Shown here piece after piece: positions 13,422 through 25,519 of a stretch of 64,000 bases of DNA; position 1 is the stretch's first letter, and the number at the start of each line of letters is the position of its first letter. The position numbers were made by a program, and so were the translations under genes. Below the pieces are notes generated by a model, which was given only the letters and a program-made list of their open reading frames with translations, was not told the DNA's origin and did no database searches. The DNA is from Hormiphora californensis (lineage: Eukaryota; Animalia; Ctenophora): NCBI GenBank assembly GCA_020137815.1, contig CM035360.1, positions 3,844,001 through 3,908,000 of the forward strand, read 5' to 3'.

Positions 13422-14794
13422 GCTGCAAATGGTTAACGAAGCTAACAGTTCGTCGTCTGTTTTGTTGAGTTGTTACTGAGTAACTTACTCAACAACTTCT
13501 GTTCCAATTCCACCAACTCCAAGGCAGACAGTTCTGAGTTGAAACTTTGAAATGAAAGGCACTTTAGAATTCTCCTATATAAGAGAACGGACCAAAGCTA
13601 TCTATTATAATGAGGGATAATGGGTAGATGATGGGTATAATGGGTATATGATGGGTATATCGCCACGTGGCCAGCTCTCTAGCCACTTCAACAGGAGAGA
13701 CAGATAAAAAGAGAGGATTCATGTAAATGAATTTATCTCTCGTCTCACTTATATCTTACAGAGGTCTGGCTAAAGAGACACGTGGGGCTACCATCAGCAG
13801 ATAACAGCCGGTCTCTGATCAGCACTATAGAAGCTCTATTAGAGATGTTAGAGATGTGCTACTAGCACTGCTAGAGGGAACATTCTAACATCTTTGTGTG
13901 GCTCATGTACCGTCTGAGAGTTCGGTAGGCCATCTCACCTCCTTGGTAACGAAGTCACCCCTGTTAATATTATATTGCATTGAGCTAATATATCGCGGAG
14001 GGGTAATTTCATTACCAACATTTCTCCAGCTGGATCCAGCATCTCAAGTCCCACAAATATACAAATATTAGAACTCCCGGTCCGGCGCGGAGACGTCCCA
14101 ACTGGGTGACTTTGGTAAATGCCCGAGACGTCATGTAGGTACATAACTGCCAGAAAAGTGGCAATTCTAAAACACACGCTGTGTGTCACACAGTGTATGC
14201 CATCTTCGGTGGTGAATCTGTTATAATAATCCCCCATCTGGGGACGTCCACAGCCAAGGGAGGCTATTGTCTGGCGCTGCCAGATCCCGTTTTGATTCTC
14301 AAACAATTTGCACTCAAATCTGGATCGGATCGGGTCAGATATTGCCATGCTACGCAGTCTGTCTGTTCGGCACTTGGAGCGCCTTCGGTGTGAGAGCTGA
14401 CAGACAAGGAACATGTCAAGTCAGATAGGAAGGCTTTCAAGAATCATTTTAATTTCTTTTTGATTCTAACTTTTACAATTCATTCCAGATTTTGCTGGAG
14501 GAGATATAATAATTCTATCACAGAATCACTTGTGACCACTTATGAAGTCTTCTCGATCGAATTATATTATTCTGGCAGTGACAGGTCTTGTTATTGTTAG
14601 ACTTAAAAACAGAACCTTCTAGAAGACTCTGGCCCCGAGTATGATGATATGATATGACAAGTTTCAAGCAATATTTAATTCCATCCCCAGTTTTGAAACT
14701 TGATAAACTTGATGAAACTTGCTGAAGTAATGGAGGAGCGTGACACATGGAGAAGACTTGTTCGTCTGGCGTTCTACTCATAGTAAGTCAAGTC

Positions 14795-15145
14795 AGTTTC
14801 GGTTTCACTTTCACTTTCAAGGTCTACTTTCATTTTCAAATTCAAGTTTTCACTTTCATTTTCAATGTTTTCCTTTCCTTTTCAATGTTTCACTTTCACT
14901 TCGAAGGTCTAGTTTCGTTTTCAAATTGGCTTTCAAATTGGTAGGAGTTCAAATCTCTCTTTGTTTCACTTTCAATATCACATCAGTAGCAAGTTTCACT
15001 TTCACTTTCACTCTCTTGAAAGAGTTTGGTTTCACTTTCATTTTCAGGTCTTAGTTTCACTTTCAACATCACTCGCGCGAGTTCATTTAGTTTCACTTTC
15101 AAAGTGAAAGTGAAACTAACGCGCATTTATTGAAAGTGAAACTAA
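14795..15145. repeat. Array of TTTCACTTTCA motifs ending in an inverted (palindromic) block
   Basis: More than 10 degenerate copies of (AG)TTTCACTTTCA. 15051-15145 forms an inverted pair ttagtttcactttcaa...ttgaaagtgaaactaa. Confidence 0.7.
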
Positions 15146-15326
15146 TCCCTGGAGACGGAATTCACGCGCGACAGTTCCGATCATTTGTCCGCATTGTACG
15201 TGACACGTCTCCTTGTCAACAATTTCACATCATAACCAGAAGATTTTATTTGTTTCCAAAATATTTTAATTCCATTTCCAACAACAACCAATTCTAACAT
15301 CCCTCCTTTTGGTAGCCTGAATAGAA

Positions 15327-16116
15327 ATGAAGACCTTCGTCGTTCTCTTCGCTGTTATGGTTGTGGCCGTCTCCGCCAGTGGTCACGGTCACGGTCACGG
15401 TGACAGCTCTAGCTCTGACAGTAGCTCTGACAGTAGCTCCGACAGCTCAACGACCTTCCAGTGCTACGTTGGAACCACCGCCACCGACTGCAGCTCCGGA
15501 ACCGCCAAGTGCTTCGCGTGAGTGAATTAGTCTGGGGGTTGAAAGGGAGTGGTTGAGGTAGGGAGAGGAAAGAAAGGGCAATTAGCAAGAGTCGGTACTG
15601 CAGTGTTTCGGTCGAAAGTTGCTTACTTAATATGAGTTGGGAAAAGTTATTGGGGGAGGGGAATGAAGCCCGGGCCGCATCATTCATGGATCTATGTAAA
15701 GCTGACCGGGTTCGGACCCTGATTTACCGGGATGCTCGGGGGAAGTGGTTTTGCCTAATCGGGGTATACCGTTAATATCCTATATCGGGATTCCGGTAAA
15801 TCGGGGTCATAATGTACCAAGTTATTCGATTAATCATCCTAGTTAATTAGGGTCCCATTATCTGTATCGGGGTAGGGAGAGAGAGCTAAAAGAATGCCAC
15901 TAACACCCCTTCCCCTCCCCCAGTGCTGCCAGCAACTACACCGGAAATGCCACTGCCCTGAATGACGGAGGATGCGGAGAGTGTCACTCTATGTACGGAG
16001 GAAACTGCACTGAGTGCGCTACCACTCTCTGTAACACCGACAGTGCCAGTGCCGGTTCCCAGGCCATCTTCGCCTCAATCTTTGTTCTGATTGCCGCTCT
16101 CAGCACTTTCTTCTAA
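15327..16116 (+). CDS. Small GPI-anchored Cys-rich protein, Ly6/uPAR (three-finger)-like, 2 exons
   Basis: Exons 15327-15517 and 15924-16116. Signal peptide, (GH)3 and DSSS repeats, 8 Cys beginning QCY and ending ECATTLCN, then small residues and a hydrophobic tail (AIFASIFVLIAALSTFF*). Confidence 0.8.
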
Positions 16117-17565
16117 GATGGAGGAATTGAGGACACACGTGGGCTGTTGGTGAAAGGGAGAAATGAACATTTTATATTCTTGACTCTAAATTTTGTCTTT
16201 GTAATAAATTTCCGAGTTTTCAATTGGTCACACGAACACATTTCCTTGAAAATAAAGAATGCTTTTTCTTCGTCAAATTGGTGGAATCTGGTGGAAAAGT
16301 GGAAATCGGAATGTGAATCACACACCTGGCAACAACAATCTCGCGTGTGTCTTGTTTCCATGGCAACGCAGATTTGGTGCGCGCAATTTCATTTTCAATA
16401 TCGCGCGCACTGCGCCGCGCGGTATTAAAATCTCCAAACTGAGAAAAGTCGCGTTGGATGAGTGAGATTCATGTGCGTCACGAAGAACGTCACACATTGA
16501 GTCAGTTCTCGATTCTCATTGGTTGAGAGAGCGGCCATTTGCTGACGTCATTTTGAGGGAGACCTCACCTGACTCAGATCAACCAATCACCAGTGAACAA
16601 AATGTCGTCAGCAAATCGTGGCTGAGTGAGAGAGAGCTAGCGCGGGGCAACCTCTAGCGGACCTTCTGCCAGCGTGTAACTCACCCATCTCTCTCTCTCT
16701 TTTCTCTCTCTGTTTAGTGAATGGGTGTGTGCCGCGTACACACATTTTCTTTCCCAACCCAATTCGTTTTGTGTCTGAGATGTGTCTTGTGGGGTTGTCA
16801 TGGGTGACAATGCTAAGATACATAGAAGCTGCTTTCATTCAATGAAGTCATATCTTGTTGCTTGTTAAATGATTAAACTATACCTTCTCGATCAAGTCCG
16901 CTGTGCCAATTATTTATGATCTGATTCATTACCTTCTGTTCGCACGCCTTGTAATACAAAACTCTATGGACTAATGCTATTCCTCTTTAATTCTGCATCT
17001 CTCCCTTTAGCAGTCACTGAACAACTTCATTTCCAACGCCTTTTCTTTTCTAACCTGTTTCTCTATTCAACTTACCGATAAAAACCCTCAATCACCGAAC
17101 TTGAACATCCGCTAGCGTGCTTAAGTTCTTCATTCAACACCCTGAACTCGTCCATGTGGAAAGGTCACTGACCTTCTCCCTGATGGCAGAGTACCCCCTT
17201 TGTACCCAGTCTGGGGAACGTAGCCGTCTTAGCTGTACATCCCCTCATCTCAGCCCCTTGCGGAGCTGAAGCCGCCTCGAAGTGCCTATGTTAATTTTAT
17301 TAATTGAACTCTACTAAAACTATCCAACTCCTACTCAAACTGAAAGCTATCTGTTTGAATGGGTTAACTTGCTTCTTTCCAACCGCTTCTAACTAACTAA
17401 ACTAAGTTTATATTCGCACACATTACTTAGCAGATCAACTTAGCATTAGCCATTGTTTGTGCAGAATACAGTAAAAAGTAGCAACATCAATCGAAAACTA
17501 AGTTCTTATATCCCCCTCTCTCTCACCAATGCTAACCCGTTCCCCCTCTTCTAGTACAAGTAGCC

Positions 17566-20049
17566 ATGCCTCCCAAGCGAAATAAGGAGAAGCCCCATCT
17601 GAACATTGTCGTCATTGGGCACGTCGACTCTGGAAAATCCACCACCACCGGACATTTGATCTTCAAATGTGGTGGAGTTGATGACCGAACCATTGAGAAG
17701 TTCAAGAAGGAGGCCGAAGAGGTAAGATACTTTGTGATACTGTGTTTGTGTTGTGTGTGTTCATTTATTGCGTAGACTATATTATGTTAATCCTCTTGGT
17801 TCACACATTGATCACATCTATGTTTGTTAATCACACTACACTGGAATACTTTCAATCACCATCTCTGAACTGTTTTCTCCCAACATTCATTTTCAATGAT
17901 CCTCATTCAAATGGTCCTCTCAGTATATCTGGTAATATTTCCCCAGACAACACTGCGCTGGTGATCAGATCCAGAATTCTCCTTTTTCTCTTTGCTCTAC
18001 CTTTCTTTATCTCTGTTTATTTCTCTCTGTTTCTCTCTCGCTCTCTATCCCTGTTGCTTACCAGTCTATCTACATTTTAACTCTTCAATCTTCATATCCA
18101 GTCATGATCTAATCCCCTTCTCTATCTCTTTTTCTCTCTGTCCAGTGCCGCCCACATTCAAACTTTTTTCCTCAGTGTATCATCATAGTCATCATATCCA
18201 GTCATGTTCTCCCAGTCATGATCTAATCCAGATCCCTTCCCCATCTCTCACTGTACAACCCTTTCCCAGTCTCCACCTTTGTCCCACGTGGCGCACTCTT
18301 TGCCGCGCTGGCTCTCAGCGCGCCTTCACTCTCCCCCTGTCTCATGTAAAGCACGCAATCCACAACATTTGCTGTGTGCACTTTTCAAAGCGCGCACATT
18401 CACATATCAAATTGCATGTTCCATCCCCTGTGTGTGTAAAACACGTGGAGACCTGTGCTCCCCTACGTGTCAACATGTGTCTTGCCCAACACATACTATC
18501 TGTAAATCACCCTACCAAACCCCTGTTCCATCTTCTAGAACTATCATACCCCTATTCATCCACCACCCTCACCTCTCGAACTATATTTCCCTCTGACCCC
18601 AATTCCCCCCTCTAACCCCAATTCCCCTGTTTTCAGATGGGCAAGGGATCCTTCTGTTACGCTTGGGTTCTGGACAAGCTGAAGTCCGAGCGTGAGAGGG
18701 GAATCACAATCGATATTGCTCTTATGCAGTTCGAGACCCCCAAGTACGATGTGACCATCATTGATGCCCCCGGACACAGGGATTTCATCAAGAACATGAT
18801 CACTGGAACTTCTCAGGTAAATACAGGGTGTTAAATAGGGGGTACATAATAATGGAGGGTGTGTCATGATCATTTCTACACCAAGAATGATGGGGGTACC
18901 GCAATGTTCTCTAGTGCTGCAGTACCACTGTAAGAAACTCAAAATCCATTGCTTACCCTCCCCCTTCCTCTCCAGGCTGACGCTGCTGTGCTCATCGTTG
19001 CTGCCGGTACCGGAGAATTCGAGGCTGGTATCTCTTCCAACGGACAGACCAGGGAACATCTCCTGCTCGCCTTCACTCTTGGAGTCCGAGAGGTCATCAT
19101 TGCCATCAACAAGATGGACACCACATCTCCCCCTTACTCCGAGGAGCGATACAAGGAGATCAAGAAGGAGGTCGGAGCCTACCTGAAGAAGGTCGGTTTC
19201 CAGGTTCCCCGAGTTCCATTTGTCCCCATTTCTGGATTCAAGGGAGACAACATTGATACTCTCACCTCCAACATGAGCTGGTGGAAGGGATCCAAGGTGC
19301 AGACCGGAGAGAAGGGTAAGGAGAAGGAGGCCACTGTTAACTTCCTGACCGAGGCCCTCGACAACGTCACTCCCCCCACCCGACCCTTCACCAAGCCCCT
19401 CAGGCTGCCCCTTCAGGATGTCTACAAGATTGGTGGCATTGGAACGGTCCCCGTGGGCCGAGTCGAGACCGGAATCATCAAGCCCGGTATGGTTGTCACT
19501 TTCGGACCCGTCGGACTCACCACTGAGGTCAAGTCTGTTGAGATGCATCACGAGTCTCTGCCCGAGGCCGCTCCCGGAGACAACGTTGGTTTCAACATCA
19601 AGAACGTCGCCGTCAAGGAGATCAAGCGAGGATTCGTCGCTTCTGACAGCAAGAACGACCCCGCCAAGGAGGCCGTTGAGTTCGAGGCTCAGGTTATCAT
19701 CATGAACCACCCCGGAAACATCAGCAACGGATACACCCCCGTCCTCGATTGCCATACCTCTCACATCGCCTGTAAATTCACCGAGATCAAGGCCAAGATG
19801 GACAAGCGATCCGGAAAGGTCCTGGAAGAGAACCCCAAGAGCGTGAAGAACGGTGATGCCTCTATGTGCGTCCTGAAGCCCACCAAACCCATGGTTGTGG
19901 AGACCTTCAAGGAGTACGCTCCCCTCGGCCGATTCGCTGTCCGAGACATGAAGCAGACCGTCGCTGTCGGTGTCGTCAAGAGCGTCACCAAGGGAGACAG
20001 CACTGGCAAGACCACGAAATCCGCCCAGAAAGTTGGAGGCAAGAAATAA
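17566..20049 (+). CDS. EEF1A: Elongation factor 1-alpha, 3 coding exons, 469 aa
   Basis: Exons 17566-17721, 18637-18816 and 18976-20049. [18 protein letters not shown] and LGRFAVRD motifs; opisthokont insertion present; strong C-ending codon bias. Confidence 0.98.
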
Positions 20050-21844
20050 GCAGTCTGGACCACCAACCCCGCCCGGTGCGATTTTTAGGAGCTCTGGTTA
20101 TTTAACTTGAATTGATGAGTTTTATTTTTTACAATGACAAAATTTCTTAGTTTTTATTTGTTCTCGGTATTGGAAGTGGAACAGCGATCGCTGTTGTGAG
20201 GGACTGGTGTCTGTGTCAAGGTACTGCAAAAATGCCTGTGTACCTCTCGTTTGGATAAACCGGTTGCCCTGCTCGTGCGGGACCGCATCAGCAATTTGGG
20301 TACGATGAACCGGGTACCTTGTGATCGGGAATGAAACTCGCAGGAGATGCAACAATGTTGTCTCTTCACATGTCGGGGCCCCATTTGATTTCACGTTTCT
20401 ATGTGCGCGTCGATTCTGGTCCACGCCGCGCGAGATTCTCTGGAAAATATGCACCGCGCGTGACAGAACAGTGAATTGTTCAGTGTGGCCAGGTCCAGTG
20501 CAGTGAATGAGATCATCCGGCACTGCACATGAAGTGATCTAATAATAATACAGCCATGCAAGGTCGCCACTTGGGTCAACATTGCATTTACCGGCTACCG
20601 CTTATCCCTGATGACTCATCAGGGGGTGGTATAATCAAATGAGATAGAGACTTCTAGCTAGATGTAGAAGTTTGTATCCTGGTAGAGTGCTCGATCCGGG
20701 GATGCGGAGAGCTTAACTATTGTGGCAAGTAAAACCTTGTTTCACTTGTCACAATAGAGATAGAGACTTCAAATGTGGAGACTGGAGGTTGGGAAGAACC
20801 TGTCCGGCGGCGCCGACCCGATCTGAATGCTATGTAAAAATAGGGTCTGGCGGCGCCAGACAGGGAAGAACCAAATTTGAAGGGGGGGGGGGCTTTTTAG
20901 CAATTCGTGGTTTTATTTTGAGACATAAAGCAAAGAACAAACGGTATGTTGAACATGAAAGAAAATGTAAAACCAATTTACAATTAAAAGATCATTTACA
21001 TTGAAAATTAAACAGGCTGTATACATCACATATTATTATCATAATCTACATAAACATCTGATAAAGTAAAGAAATTAACACAATTAAGTTTTATTATCAT
21101 TGCAAAAAGTCCATCACGTGGGCAAGGACACTTTCCTTACAGCAATATTTCTTGAACATTAAGACTCTTAGTAAAATGTCCCACCCAGAATAACTGTCTG
21201 GCGCCGACCCGATCAGAGTGTTGGATCCATCGCATCCTATTCTCGCTCCGCGAATAATAGGATCCCGGCCCGTTGAGAGCAAGAACTCACGTGCGCGCGA
21301 TATAAAGCACGTTTTCAGCAGATCGCGCGTGATAGACCGTTTTTGGAGACCATTTTAGCTGACCTAGCACTACTCAAAGGTCAATTATGGCCTCATTTCG
21401 CATCGTGATGAATCGGCGGGTATTTTCCCATACTCACAAGGCCATGACGATTCCCCCAGTACCCGCAGATTGTCCCAGGACCGAGTACGAGCTTGCAGCC
21501 AGGTCTTTAAAGAATTGCTCATGTTTGGCGTCAATTTTGACCCACTATTCCTCAAATGCTGATACTCGCGGGTATTTTCCGTAAAACTAGAGACAATTAT
21601 CTGCCAGGAGCAACAAACGAGATGTAAATCGGTTCAGTAGTTCCTTGCAGCCAGGTCTTTGAAAAAGTTTGCTCTAAAATCAATAACGGACCGGAGGCCT
21701 AGATGTGAGATCGATCTCGGTCGCTGCGCGACCTCGATCTCACTCAGGCATCAATGTGGCCAAATCAGAGTGCACATTTGATAATCAAAACGGGGTCTGA
21801 CCAGACAGCAGAATAATAGACGTCCCTAACAGAGTTCTGTAATG

Positions 21845-24800
21845 CTAACTAATTTTGCCCCCATTCCTGGGTAGACCATCCCAATTAGTGTAAAACTGGT
21901 AATTCCTCCTCCTACTCTCCCTCACATTAGCGTATCCAGGGTGATAACCACTGGGGTATAGTCCGTACTTGGTGAACGCCCGAAGAAGGGGCAGCTCGGA
22001 GCGCCGTAGAAAGCTAACAACTAATTTGGTGTCTGTGTCACCGTGAGCAACGACGTCAACGGATTTGACTAGGTCCTCCATTGGTACCTAGAGGTGGGTG
22101 TTGTGAGTGGTGCACCATGACGTGAGCACTGTGAGCAGATTGAATGATCCGATTCTGATCAGAGTGGGCAACTAGCAGAGTGGGCTGAGTCAGAGTGGGC
22201 AACTAGCAGAGTGGGCTGAGTCAGAGTGGGCAACTAGCAGAGTGGGCTGAGTCAGAGTGGGCAACTAGCAGTTTGGACTGAGTCAGAGTGGGCTGAGTCA
22301 GAGTGGGCTGAGTCAGAGTGGGCTGAGTCAGAGTGGGCAGCTAGCAGAGTGGGCTGAGTCAGAGTGGGCAACTAGCAGAGTGGGCTGAGTCAGAGTGGGC
22401 AACTAGCAGAGTGGGCTGAGTCAGAGTGGGCAACTAGCAGAGTGGGCTGAGTCAGAGTGGGCAACTAGCAGTTTGGACTGAGTCAGAGTGGGCTGAGTCA
22501 GAGTGGGCTGAGTCAGAGTGGGCTGAGTCAGAGTGGGCAGCTAGCAGAGTGGGCTGAGTCAGAGTGGGCAGCTAGCAGAGTGGGCTGAGTCAGAGTGGGC
22601 AACTAGCAGAGTGGGCTGAGTCAGAGTGGGCAACTAGCAGAGTGGGCTGAGTCAGAGTGGGCAACTAGCAGTTTGGACTGAGTCAGAGTGGGCTGAGTCA
22701 GAGTGGGCTGAGTCAGAGTGGGCTGAGTCAGAGTGGGCAGCTAGCAGAGTGGGCTGAGTCAGAGTGGGCAGCTAGCAGAGTGGGCTGAGTCAGAGTGGGC
22801 AACTAGCAGTGTGGGCTGAGTCAGAGTGGGCAACTAGCAGAGTGGGCTGAGTGACTCAGCCTGAGTCAGAGTGGGCTGAGTCACAGTGTGATGATGTGAT
22901 GGAATAATGTGCTTTAAATGCAGTTTGGTTTCACATGCGGTACCACAGACACAAAACTAACTGTTAAAATTCAACAACACCACGAACACAAGCTCCATTC
23001 CCACAAAAACTCTCTCATTTTACCAGGGCTTCTCTGAAGTTTGGCGAACACCCCTTCAGACAAACTCTAGTACAATGCAAAAGTTTTCGTGGGAAAGAAA
23101 CTGGTGCGGAAAGAAGCCATTATACTTTACCTGGAAGAAGGGAGGGTCGAACAGGATTAGATCAAAGTTTTGGGTGAGTGGTGATGGTTTAAACAGGTTG
23201 TACCTGAGATACCTTGGCAGGTAACTAAACCTGAGGGAAGGGGAGAATTTTAATTAATTGTCTGTCAAGATCAGCGGAAACCCATGATAAACGACACCGC
23301 CTCCTCCCGATATCTAGGCAAGGAAAAGATCGAGAAAAAAAATCAAAATTATTGATCTAAATCTCATTCCACTTCCAATTGGTACTCTAAAAGCTCCCTA
23401 GAATTCCCCCTTCCCCGATACCTCCCCCTCCCGATATCTCCCCCTCCCCTCCCTCAGCCCTCTCAATATCTCCCCCTCCCTCCCCTCCCGATATCTCCAT
23501 TCTCCCCTCCCCTCCCCCTCCCCCCTCCCGACATCTCCATTCTCTCTCTCTCCCGATATCTCCTACCTCTCGTCGATGTCGAGCAGGGTGACATCCCTGT
23601 TAAGACAGTGGGAGACATGGGCCACACTGGGACACACCAGACAACAAGGATTATCAAATTGGTCAAACATTTTCACTATCTCAACCAGAGTGTCGCGTGA
23701 GAAGAAGTATTGCTCCAAATCTCGTCGTTCCTCTAGAGCTAGCTCTTGGATCCTGGAGGGGGGGGTTAGTATGAGTTGGAGCCTGGAGAGGGAGGGGGAG
23801 TTTACTTATAGTGATTGATTCTCCGTTCTACAATGGACCCCCACGCGACGTATTTCTAGGGAAAGGGGTTATCAAGAATGGGGTAGCTAGAATTACAGGG
23901 ACGTGGTACCATATAGGAGGTGCGAGATGGGTCGTGTGATCTGTGCTTATCAGTTCTGTGAAAGATACGCTGACCACAAAATTATTAGACGTCGTACCAG
24001 TCTGGCTTGCACCGAACAGTATTAATGGCAATTGGGAAAGCAGACAGTTGTAAACGGTTGAACAAGCTCACCTAAAGTCATTCATAAGACTGTCTGAAGA
24101 GGTTTCCGCGACCTCTAATTTCTCTCCTCTTTCCTTCTTCTTCCGATATCTTTCATACTGCTGTAGAGCCTTTTCATAATCCCACTCATAATGTTCCATA
24201 ATTGTCCTGACCTTGGCTTCAGGGTAGCCAGTAAACCGCATAAACCTCTCAACATCATCCTCCTTCTGTAGCCTGTGTTTAGAAAGTGGTTTTAGATCTG
24301 TCCTTTACCATTTCCCACACAGGACTGTTTTTCTAAAGGTGCTGGGTGGGAAATTGTGGTCATGCACAGCAATCATGTCGTGAAACAATTCGCTGGTACT
24401 CATTTAAATGATCTGTGCATCTGTATAACACTCTCGGTATGTCTCAAACTGAGATTAAAATAACAACTACACACTATGTAGTTTCTATTTTAAACTCAAC
24501 TGCTCAATACCTTGTATTGATAAACATCACAAATGATTGTAAATTAGTCGTAATTTCACTGACCGTTCCTGATTTTTGATTTCACTCCTCGCCAGTCTCT
24601 CCTCAGCCTGTTTTCGTCTCTCTAATAGGATCCTTCTGGTCTCATTAAAATCACCATTGCAATCTCGATAGACACGCTGACAGGTGGAGGCACTGTTTCG
24701 TGTCTCCAATTCCAACTGAGATAACTGCTCTTCAGGTAGAGCAATCTGCAGAGTGGAGGTAGGATTTAATTGTGTGAGAGTGGAGGCAGGATAAGAGAGA

Positions 24801-25519
24801 AAAGGACATCTACCTACACCAGTCACATTTCTACACTAGCCATAAATTGAGAAATGAGGAAGGAAAGTGGAGAATTAAAATAGGTAAAGAGGGAAGGAAA
24901 AATAAAACTGATCGGGGGGAATGGTGCATTCAACATTGCTATAATAATAGTTAATACCTTGCAAGGCTGATCTTCATACGTCTTCGGTGTCCGTGAACCT
25001 TTCTGAACAGGTTTAACCTCACTGCTAACTCTCCTCTCTGCAGTTTTCCTTCTGGTCTTAGCGGCTCTCTTGAGTGACTGAAGTGCTGCCGAGGAATCCC
25101 AAGAATTTTGAGAGAGTGCAAGGAACGCAGCTCGATCAGTGTACCCGTAACATTGGATTAGCTCTTCAACTTGGATCCGGTGCTGTTCCCTAACTTCCTG
25201 CCTTCGGCCGAACCTGCAAAGTGATTTACATAGATCACATCACGTATTGTCAAAACAATTATAAAGCGATCAAATATCTCACACAAAAGTAAAACCCAAT
25301 ACTTCTTAGAATATACTCCAGGTGAGACTGGCAAACTGAAACCTACTGTTGTTCAAGTTTTCTTCTCTCCTCAATAAATTTAAGGAACTTGGTTGCTTTA
25401 TTAACTTGACGATCATCCCCAGCAGATCGAGATTGGGTCCGAGGTTCGTAGGCCCGTTTGTTCAAATCATGCCCTCTCAGGACCATTACGGCACAGATAA
25501 AATCTTCAGGGTTCTCCAT
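21845..25519 (-). CDS. 446-aa protein: three UBA-like helical domains + EEF1AKMT1/N6AMT2-family (DPPF) methyltransferase domain, 7 exons
   Basis: Exons 25519-25347, 25213-24958, 24745-24564, 24272-24072, 23752-23567, 23230-23131 and 22087-21845 are all GT-AG and phase-consistent (1341 nt). MTase motifs: LEQYFFSRDT, CCLVCPSV, LLDIDERF, YNLFKP, FDLILFDPPFF, YQFYTNW. Confidence 0.8.
22160..22885. repeat. Minisatellite of 15/16-bp subunits (cagagtgggctgagt / cagagtgggcaactag) with higher-order periodicity, in the last intron of the methyltransferase gene
   Basis: Seen directly; a variant unit with gtttggactg recurs at ~22271, 22471 and 22671. Confidence 0.92.

Noticed and set aside
17722-18975. 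Intronic snoRNAs in eEF1A
   Set aside because: No convincing C/D or H/ACA box pair with terminal stem seen by eye; a covariance-model search would be needed.
18556-19764. 402-aa antisense ORF over eEF1A
   Set aside because: Shadow frame produced by the strong codon bias of eEF1A; it crosses introns and has no domain.
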